Shown one piece after another: positions 1 to 4,350 of a DNA stretch of 4,350 nucleotides (position 1 is the first letter of the stretch; each line of letters begins with the position of its first letter). Under the pieces are notes generated by a model. The model was not told the DNA's origin, did not search any database, and saw only the letters and a list, made by a program, of their open reading frames with translations. The position numbers and the translations under genes were made by a program. This stretch comes from a virus. Lineage: Duplodnaviria; Heunggongvirae; Uroviricota; Caudoviricetes. The stretch lies in the IMG/VR virus record IMGVR_UViG_2778261565_000010. One strand, 5' to 3'.

Positions 1-77
<77 letters not shown>

Positions 78-556
78 GAATCCACCCATAACACTGTTTT
101 TGGTTTTAACTGTTCCGCGTGCGCTCAGCCGCATTCACCACATCACAAAATTCACTTTAAAAAGGGCGGCAGAGCAGTCACGGAGTAAAACTGATACCGC
201 CAAACGTCACCAGAAAATTGATAACAGAGGGCGTTGCAGCGGGGTTGTCACTTAAGCGTATGGTCAACCTGACAACCCGGTGTCCTCAACGGGGAAGGAA
301 TAACCCCGCCATACTTACCGCCGCGCCATTTCGCGTAGTGCCACAACCGGAAGCGCACGGTCGACGAAAATTTAACGACAGGCTATCTATGAACCAGCTA
401 CCTCGCCGTGCGCTTTCGCGTTATGGTCTGACTTTTCATGGAAATATCCTTTCAGTAAACTGTCAGTGCCGGATGCTCACCCGTGTCCGGCGCACGCACT
501 CCACCTCACCCGTGGAGAACTCCTTAATTACCAACCTTAGCTTCGTTGGTTAGCTA

Positions 557-775
557 TTAACGCTGGTATGTAATCATTCTGGCAATGCTTAATGCCGCTG
601 CTTTTTCCAGCCTGGTGATATCCTGCTCCAGAGCGGACAGATTTTCAGCCTGCTTAGCCTTGGCTTCATTGGCCCATTTCAGATCCTGCGCTGCATTAAT
701 TTTCTGGCGCATCCACTCATAAAGTTCATCATCGGTATAGTCTGGCGCGATGATGACAGGTTCTCGTTTCTGCAT
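557..775 (-). CDS. Hypothetical small protein (72 aa), predicted coiled-coil, function unknown
   Basis: ATG at 775..773 preceded by AAGGAG (complement of 781-786) with 5-nt spacing; TAA stop at 559..557; 72-aa ORF MQKREPVIIAPDYTDDELYEWMRQ... with a helical heptad-like Ala/Lys/Glu-rich C-terminal half. No family recognised. Confidence 0.55.
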   Translation of the reverse strand: MQKREPVIIAPDYTDDELYEWMRQKINAAQDLKWANEAKAKQAENLSALEQDITRLEKAAALSIARMITYQR

Positions 776-867
776 GTCGGCTCCTTGTGGTTAGCGTTGC
801 CTGCTTTTAACCACGTCAGGCGAGGTGGTATCCTCTGAGGGGTCTGTTACTCGAGAGGAAATTGGTT

Positions 868-1068
868 ATGAGTACAATCAAGTTTTCTTGCCCAGAATGT
901 GGTGGCGAAGTCTTTGACACATCCTTTAACCCGCAGGGCTCTGACAGTTTCGCGGGAGCCATCTGCAAAAATTGTGGTCACCTTGTAACTGAAGATGAGT
1001 CCTCGCAGTTCGATGACGAAATCGTTGACAATATCTTCGGTGCACTCACCAGAGACTTTCTGAAGTAA
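868..1068 (+). CDS. Small zinc-ribbon protein (66 aa) with two CxxC pairs (CPEC ... CKNC) and an acidic C-terminal tail
   Basis: ATG at 868 (the ORF track starts at TTG 862) preceded by AGAGGAA at 853-859; TAA at 1066-1068; CxxC-x19-CxxC spacing typical of a zinc ribbon; hairpin 1116-1149 lies 48 nt downstream. Conflicts with antisense ORF 847-1203, which shares the same triplet boundaries. Confidence 0.55.
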   Translation: MSTIKFSCPECGGEVFDTSFNPQGSDSFAGAICKNCGHLVTEDESSQFDDEIVDNIFGALTRDFLK

Positions 1069-1115
1069 AGGCGCATACCGCTTAGTTACCGCTCTGATAA
1101 TTCTTACCTGTCCGG

Positions 1116-1149
1116 CAATGGCGCTGATGTCAATATAAAGCGCCATTGC
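1116..1149 (+). terminator. Perfect 11-bp inverted repeat (GCAATGGCGCT / AGCGCCATTGC) with a 12-nt loop, followed on the plus strand by TGCTTCTTTGCC; possible intrinsic terminator for the zinc-ribbon gene, or a protein-binding palindrome
   Basis: Arms at 1116-1126 and 1139-1149 are exact reverse complements; downstream plus-strand tract is pyrimidine/T-rich but not a clean U-run. Confidence 0.3.
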
Positions 1150-1283
1150 TGCTTCTTTGCCGATCCCGGGATGCCTTCCATTCTGATGTTTGACTTCGCC
1201 CACTGAGAAATCCTCTGTTTCCCCTTAACGCCGGGTAGCGGAACTGTTTGCTGAGAACACCGTGCGGTGTCTTGATGGGTGGT

Positions 1284-1312
1284 AATTTAGTTTTCTCATG
1301 AATGTTGGTCAA
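1284..1312 (-). promoter_or_regulatory. Putative leftward (PL-like) sigma70 promoter: -35 TTGACC (1312..1307), 17-bp spacer, -10 TAAATT (1289..1284)
   Basis: Read on the minus strand: TTGACC-aacattcatgagaaaac-TAAATT. 5/6 match to the -35 consensus, 4/6 to the -10, ideal spacer. An operator-like motif copy overlaps the spacer and -10. Confidence 0.3.
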
Positions 1313-1335
1313 GCATTTTTAATGAGAAAACTCAA
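1286..1335. promoter_or_regulatory. Operator-like pair (OL-like): exact copy of TGAGAAAACTCAA at 1323-1335 and a 12/13 inverted copy (TGAGAAAACTAAA on the minus strand) at 1286-1298
   Basis: Direct sequence identity with the motif at 1856-1868; the motif is near-palindromic (TTGAG-AAAA-CTCAA). The copies bracket the predicted leftward promoter. Confidence 0.4.
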
Positions 1336-1350
1336 TATTTAATGCAAAAT

Positions 1351-1379
1351 AAAGCCAATACATTGAAATGTAAGGCTTT
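1351..1379 (-). terminator. Possible weak intrinsic terminator downstream of the repressor gene (AT-rich bulged hairpin AAAGCC...GGCTTT, followed on the minus strand by ATTTTGCATT)
   Basis: AAAGCC (1351-1356) pairs with GGCTTT (1374-1379), inner ACATT/AATGT pairing; T-rich tract follows on the minus strand. Stem is short and AT-rich, so weak. Confidence 0.25.
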
Positions 1380-1396
1380 AAAATTTGTGAAGGGGG

Positions 1397-1804
1397 TTAC
1401 TGATGTTTGTTACGTTTGCGAGCTTCTAGTAGCTCGGTGAATAGGCGATTAAAATTCTCAACGCGGGCACGGAGTTCGCTGATTTGTGCTTGCTGCTCTG
1501 ATTTTGGAAGTGCGCGATACAATCGCAACATCTCCAACTCATCTTCCGATAAGTCTAAGGCGCTGTTGAGTGCTACTGGTGGATCTGGTGTTTTATCCTC
1601 GTCACCAAACAGTATCCAAGTTGGTGAACATTGCAATACCTCAGCCAGGCGATGCAAATTTTGCCCGCGCGGGGCTGTATGGTCGCTTTCCCATAGTGAA
1701 ATTGATGAGCCAGATACGCCAGCGGCTTTGCTTAAATCGTTTTGACTTAAACCAACCTGTTTGCGTCTTTCTCTAATTCGTTGACCTAAAGTTTTCTCGT
1801 TCAT
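1397..1804 (-). CDS. dicA: Prophage immunity repressor, DicA-like (XRE-family HTH N-terminal domain, C-terminal oligomerisation region), 135 aa
   Basis: 135-aa ORF with ATG at 1804..1802 and TAA at 1399..1397. HTH_XRE signature (GLSQNDLSKAAGVSGSSISLWE) and a LQCSPTWILFGDEDK motif I recall from E. coli DicA, same length as DicA. Divergent from a Cro-like gene. The symbol denotes the family; orthology is unverified. Confidence 0.9.
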   Translation of the reverse strand: MNEKTLGQRIRERRKQVGLSQNDLSKAAGVSGSSISLWESDHTAPRGQNLHRLAEVLQCSPTWILFGDEDKTPDPPVALNSALDLSEDELEMLRLYRALPKSEQQAQISELRARVENFNRLFTELLEARKRNKHQ

Positions 1805-1825
1805 ATTTAGATATCTTAATAACCC

Positions 1826-1855
1826 TTGACTTGAGATTCCTTGAATGATTACTAT
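1826..1855 (+). promoter_or_regulatory. Putative rightward (PR-like) sigma70 promoter for the Cro-like operon: -35 TTGACT (1826-1831), 18-bp spacer, -10 TACTAT (1850-1855)
   Basis: Consensus-like hexamers in the 77-bp divergent intergenic region; the operator-like palindrome sits immediately downstream, over the expected transcription start. Confidence 0.4.
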
Positions 1856-1868
1856 TGAGAAAACTCAA
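1856..1868. promoter_or_regulatory. Operator-like palindrome (OR-like) TTGAG-AAAA-CTCAA between the PR-like -10 and the Cro-like gene's Shine-Dalgarno
   Basis: Exact 13-bp identity (TGAGAAAACTCAA) with 1323-1335; 5-bp inverted arms; position over the predicted +1 is typical of a repressor operator. Confidence 0.45.
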
Positions 1869-1881
1869 CTTTGGAGGGGTG

Positions 1882-2109
1882 ATGTTTAAATCAGACGTAA
1901 TTAATTTTTATGGGACGAAAGCCAAAGTAGCGAAAGCTGCTGGTGTTGATCCATCTGCTGTTTCTCAATGGGGGGAACTGGTTCCTGAAGGTCGCGCGAT
2001 GCGCCTGCAAGAGGCATCCGGCGGGGAACTTCAGTACGACCCCAAAGTTTATGACGAATATCGTAAGGCAAAGCGGGCGGGGCGGTTGAACAATGAAAAT
2101 CACCCCTGA
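1882..2109 (+). CDS. Cro-like small HTH regulator of the DicC/YdaS family (75 aa)
   Basis: ATG at 1882 preceded by GGAGGGG (1873-1879); the ORF track's TTG at 1855 is probably not the start. TGA at 2107-2109. Motif AKVAKAAGVDPSAVSQWGELVPEGRAMRLQEASGGEL matches the Cro-like YdaS/DicC pattern as I recall it; divergent from the repressor. Confidence 0.8.
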   Translation: MFKSDVINFYGTKAKVAKAAGVDPSAVSQWGELVPEGRAMRLQEASGGELQYDPKVYDEYRKAKRAGRLNNENHP

Positions 2110-2644
2110 ACAGGTTTGTGAGGCTCTGGATGCCTGGGTATGTCGACCAGGAATGACACAGGAGCAAGCGACGATATTAATCACGGAAGCATTCTGGGCT
2201 CTGAAAGAACGCCCGAACATCGATGTTCAACGCGTCACGTTTAATGATGGCGAGGTTGATCAACGGGCGCTGGGCGTTAACCGGGTGAAGATATTCGAAC
2301 GCTGGAAAGCTATCGACACCAGGGATAAGCGGAAAAAATTCACGGCGCTGATTCCGGCAATTATGGAGGCTATCCGAATTAGTGATTTCAGGTTGTATCG
2401 TGAGATCAGTGATGGAAAAAGCATTACGTACATGATCGCCGGATTAAACAAAGAATATGGCGATGTGGTGGAGTCCGGGCTGCTTTTTGCGGATCCAGCT
2501 GTTGTGGAACGTGAGACTGACGAGCTTATAGAAAAAGCTATTGCTTTCAAGCATGCGTATCGTCAGCAATATCAATATTACTTTGCAGATAAACAAATGT
2601 CTGCCAGGGGTTTGTATGAGTATCGATGCACTACGATGGGCTAA
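2093..2644 (+). CDS. YdaT-like protein (functional CII analogue in DicA/YdaS-type switches), 183 aa
   Basis: ATG at 2093 overlaps the Cro-like gene's 3' end by 17 nt (coupled translation likely); TAA at 2642-2644. Assignment rests mainly on synteny (the gene following the Cro-like gene) and size; I cannot confirm sequence homology from memory. Confidence 0.65.
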   Translation: MKITPEQVCEALDAWVCRPGMTQEQATILITEAFWALKERPNIDVQRVTFNDGEVDQRALGVNRVKIFERWKAIDTRDKRKKFTALIPAIMEAIRISDFRLYREISDGKSITYMIAGLNKEYGDVVESGLLFADPAVVERETDELIEKAIAFKHAYRQQYQYYFADKQMSARGLYEYRCTTMG

Positions 2645-3128
2645 AAAGGTGAAAACCGGCAGTTCATCCAGTAAGTCTGTATTGACCTGGCTTGCTGATA
2701 TGTGCGGTGCCGATTTGTGTGCATACCCGTCTGTATCTGCACTGGCAGAAGTAACGGAACTAAACAAAAAGACTGTGCAGGACAGCTTACGACACCTGAT
2801 GGAGATTGGGTTAATTGTTGATACCGGTGAGAGAAAAGGCAGAACAAAGCAAATTGTGGTGTACCGACTTATCGGTGTAGAAGAAAGTGTTGCCGAGCCT
2901 GAATACACCCAAAAACGGGAGTCTTTAAAGGTGGGTAAAATTGGTGCTGTTAATAAAAACAGTACCGAAAATGGTTATGTTTCAGCACAAAACAGACCCA
3001 AAAACGGAACTCTTAGCTGCATGGAAAATAACCAAAGACACCCAAATTTTCCATCAAAGACACCCAAAAACGGATCACGGAACCCAAAGGAACCCAAAGG
3101 AACCCAAAGATCTAAACCCCACACATAA
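2616..3128 (+). CDS. Replication initiator (O-like), N-terminal HTH DNA-binding part; frame ends at TAA 3126-3128 just after the tandem repeats, probably truncated by a frameshift
   Basis: ATG at 2616 with AGGGG 5 nt upstream (the ORF track starts at TTG 2541); overlaps the preceding gene by 29 nt. N-terminus (LRWAKKVKTGSSSSKSVLTWLADMCGADLCAYPSVSALAEVTELNKKTVQDSLRHLMEIGLI) resembles winged-HTH domains of phage replication initiators. Iteron-like repeats lie in its 3' third. Confidence 0.7.
   Translation: MSIDALRWAKKVKTGSSSSKSVLTWLADMCGADLCAYPSVSALAEVTELNKKTVQDSLRHLMEIGLIVDTGERKGRTKQIVVYRLIGVEESVAEPEYTQKRESLKVGKIGAVNKNSTENGYVSAQNRPKNGTLSCMENNQRHPNFPSKTPKNGSRNPKEPKGTQRSKPHT
2907..3108. repeat. 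Iteron-like array: three copies of ACCCAAAAACGG (2907-2918, 2996-3007, 3062-3073) plus ACCCAAA at 3040-3046 and in each of the three tandem units; candidate replication origin inside the initiator gene
   Basis: Seven ACCCAAA cores; the last five start at 3040, 3062, 3082, 3092 and 3102 (spacings 22, 20, 10, 10 bp, roughly helical-turn multiples). Analogous to ori-lambda iterons inside gene O. Confidence 0.5.
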
Positions 3129-3666
3129 CGCACGCGAGAGTGCTCCGACCAGTGAGCAGGAAGTTTTGTCGTTACAGGCAGCACCCCTTGTATTCCTGGA
3201 TGGCCTGAGCGAACCCATCGGAAAATTTCCGATGACCGATAGCTGGTATCCGTCACGGGATTTTCGACGACGGGCTGCGTTGTGGGGGATGGCTTTGCCG
3301 GAGACAGAATTTACACCTGCTGAACTTGCCGCCTTCCGGGACTACTGGGCAGCGGAGGGGAAAGTGTTTACGCAGATTCAGTGGGAGCAGAAATTCGCCC
3401 GTCACGTAAATCACGTCAGGGCGCAGGTTAAACCAGTCAGCAAGGGGGTAAACCATGCAGCAGCACCAGGTGGCACCGCATCACGGGCAGTTCAGGAAAT
3501 TCGGGCAGCACGTGAGCAGTGGGAACGTGAAAACGGATTTATCAGCGACGGAAACGGTCTGGAAGCTGTGGGAACTCATGGGGGAGGTTTATTCGAACCG
3601 CTGGACCCAGAAGAACGGGGCCGCACCTTCGAAGCTCTGGATTGCACAGATTGGCGCGATGACTGA
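2941..3666 (+). CDS. DnaT-like ssDNA-binding domain ORF; probably the C-terminal part of the replication initiator displaced into the +1 frame (ORF-track boundaries; no credible independent start)
   Basis: Frame open from 2941 to TGA 3664-3666. Segment GKFPMTDSWYPSRDFRRRAALWGMALPETEFTPAELAAFRDYWAAEGKVFTQIQWEQKFARH closely resembles the C-terminal domain of E. coli primosomal protein DnaT as I recall it. High G at codon position 1 through 3455-3666 supports coding in this frame. Confidence 0.6.
   Translation: MVLLIKTVPKMVMFQHKTDPKTELLAAWKITKDTQIFHQRHPKTDHGTQRNPKEPKDLNPTHNARESAPTSEQEVLSLQAAPLVFLDGLSEPIGKFPMTDSWYPSRDFRRRAALWGMALPETEFTPAELAAFRDYWAAEGKVFTQIQWEQKFARHVNHVRAQVKPVSKGVNHAAAPGGTASRAVQEIRAAREQWERENGFISDGNGLEAVGTHGGGLFEPLDPEERGRTFEALDCTDWRDD
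3079..3108. repeat. Perfect tandem repeat, 3 copies of the 10-bp unit GGAACCCAAA
   Basis: Directly visible: ggaacccaaa ggaacccaaa ggaacccaaa at 3079-3088, 3089-3098 and 3099-3108. The unit length is not a multiple of 3, so copy number sets the reading frame. Confidence 0.95.
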
Positions 3667-3697
3667 GCAGCAAATCTGACAGGTCTGCCGCCAGTGC

Positions 3698-4120
3698 ATG
3701 GACCGCTGCCGGGCGGGTGAAACATGGCCTCCGGACCTGGCTGAGTTTGTGGCGCTGATTTCAGAAAGCGGGGCCAATCCATTTGGCCTGACGGTGGATG
3801 CTGTGATGGAGGAGTACCGCCGCTGGCGTGATGAGTCCTGGCGATATGACGGAAGCGACAAATATCCGTGGCCTCAGCCTGTGCTGTACCACATCTGCCT
3901 CGAAATGCGCACCAGAGGGATTGAGCGCCAGATGACGCAGGGTGAGTTAAAACGACTTGCGGAACGGCAACTGACGAAATGGGCAAAGCATGTTGGTAAC
4001 GGGATGAGTGTTCCGCCAGTGCGACGACAACTGGAAGGGGCGAAACACCCGCAAGGGCCAACGCCAATTGAACGGCTGAAACAGGAATACGAACGCCGGA
4101 AGGCAGCTGGTTTTATTTGA
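3698..4120 (+). CDS. Lambda P-like replication protein (helicase-loader family), C-terminal two-thirds homologue, 140 aa as called
   Basis: ATG at 3698, TGA at 4118-4120. From memory of lambda P: FVAL ~ FVAW, YPW shared, ELKRLAERQLTKWAKHV ~ ELRRKAADELVHMTARI, and similar Pro-rich/basic C-terminal tails. No Shine-Dalgarno upstream of 3698; see the finding on the in-frame upstream ORF. Confidence 0.65.
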   Translation: MDRCRAGETWPPDLAEFVALISESGANPFGLTVDAVMEEYRRWRDESWRYDGSDKYPWPQPVLYHICLEMRTRGIERQMTQGELKRLAERQLTKWAKHVGNGMSVPPVRRQLEGAKHPQGPTPIERLKQEYERRKAAGFI

Positions 4121-4153
4121 ATCTGAGAAACGATTTTGTCGGAGGAAATTTTA

Positions 4154-4350
4154 ATGGAAACCGTATTTGACGCACTGAAAGCAATGGGAAAAGCCACATC
4201 GGTAGAACTGGCCGCGCGACTTGATATCAGTCGTGAAGAGGTTCTCAACGAGCTGTGGGAACTCAAAAGAAATGGCGTCGTTGATAAAACTGGTCACACC
4301 TGGTTTCTGGCTGGCGAAGGTGAATCCCGGGTAACCGAAGAGCGGCCAGT
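4154..4350 (+). CDS. Hypothetical small winged-helix-like protein, 3' end beyond the window
   Basis: ATG at 4154 with GGAGGAAA (4141-4148) upstream; open to the window end (65 codons): [56 protein letters not shown]..., the pattern of a MarR/ArsR-type recognition helix followed by a wing. Confidence 0.5.
   Translation, partial: METVFDALKAMGKATSVELAARLDISREEVLNELWELKRNGVVDKTGHTWFLAGEGESRVTEERP

Noticed and set aside
530-550. Short hairpin ACCAAC-n9-GTTGGT just downstream of the 557-775 gene on the minus strand
   Set aside because: 6-bp stem with no U-tract on either strand; too weak to call a terminator.
218-553. 111-aa plus-strand ORF from the six-frame track
   Set aside because: TTG start without an SD and an Arg/Pro/Thr-rich low-complexity translation with no recognisable motif; looks like chance open frame in GC-balanced non-coding or decayed DNA. 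Kept only as part of the finding on the ORF-poor left edge.
847-1203. 118-aa minus-strand ORF antisense to the zinc-ribbon gene
   Set aside because: Not fully rejected. It shares triplet boundaries with the zinc-ribbon gene, so its openness partly follows from that gene's codons; it uses a GTG start and would contain the perfect hairpin 1116-1149. I favoured the plus-strand gene and describe the ambiguity as a finding.
1130-1312. 60-aa minus-strand ORF
   Set aside because: TTG start located inside the predicted -35 element, no SD, Arg/Ser-rich translation; probably spurious.
1407-1776. Plus-strand ORFs 1407-1745 and 1570-1776
   Set aside because: Antisense to the well-supported repressor gene; non-ATG starts and low-complexity translations.
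1891-2220. Minus-strand ORFs 1891-2220 and 1901-2167
   Set aside because: Antisense to the Cro-like and YdaT-like genes; no SD; Cys/Pro/Arg-rich translations typical of antisense frames.
3079-3108. CRISPR array or programmed ribosomal frameshift site
   Set aside because: The 10-bp units are directly tandem with no spacers and far too short for CRISPR repeats. No slippery heptamer plus downstream structure typical of programmed frameshifting is evident, so a DNA-level copy-number change is the simpler explanation.
2260-3456. Minus-strand ORFs 2260-2550, 2444-2908, 2641-2847, 2975-3256 and 3253-3456
   Set aside because: All are antisense to the rightward replication genes, lack recognisable domains and show Ser/Cys/Phe-rich compositions expected from antisense reading of coding DNA.
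3677-3679. Selenocysteine or programmed read-through at the in-frame TGA
   Set aside because: No SECIS-like hairpin is evident immediately downstream and nothing suggests a selenoprotein in a phage replication factor; truncation or a nonsense mutation is more parsimonious.
4124-4131. TGAGAAAC resembling the operator motif in the P-like / winged-helix intergenic region
   Set aside because: Only an 8-bp partial match lacking the second half-site; likely chance.
3576-4266. Minus-strand ORFs 3576-4067, 3589-3861 and 3874-4266
   Set aside because: Antisense to the P-like gene and the downstream winged-helix gene; Ser/Arg/Pro-rich, GC-driven open frames.

Overview
This 4.35-kb window reads as a slice of a lambdoid (probably cryptic or decaying) enterobacterial prophage, covering the immunity switch and the start of the replication module. 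No database search was possible, so all homology statements rest on motif recognition from memory plus what the sequence shows directly. Left to right: about 550 bp with no convincing ORF; a small coiled-coil gene (557-775, minus) divergent from a CxxC...CxxC zinc-ribbon gene (868-1068, plus); a DicA-like HTH repressor (1397-1804, minus); a divergent rightward operon of a Cro-like DicC/YdaS-family protein (1882-2109), a YdaT-like (CII-analogue) protein (2093-2644), a replication initiator whose N-terminal HTH part (2616-3128) and C-terminal DnaT-like part (frame +1, to 3666) are in different frames, and a lambda-P-like helicase-loader homologue (3698-4120); then the start of a small winged-helix gene (4154 to window end). 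The most notable observations are (1) three perfect tandem copies of a 10-bp unit (3079-3108) inside an iteron-like ACCCAAA array, where removing one copy would fuse the two initiator domains into one frame; (2) a 13-bp near-palindromic motif TGAGAAAACTCAA present at both predicted early promoters flanking the repressor gene, an OL/OR-like layout; and (3) a P-like gene preceded in frame by a 74-codon ORF with a strong Shine-Dalgarno, separated only by one TGA. I did not find a clearly novel multi-gene system; the best candidates for something undescribed are the small genes and putative leftward promoter in the repressor-adjacent slot (847-1312).
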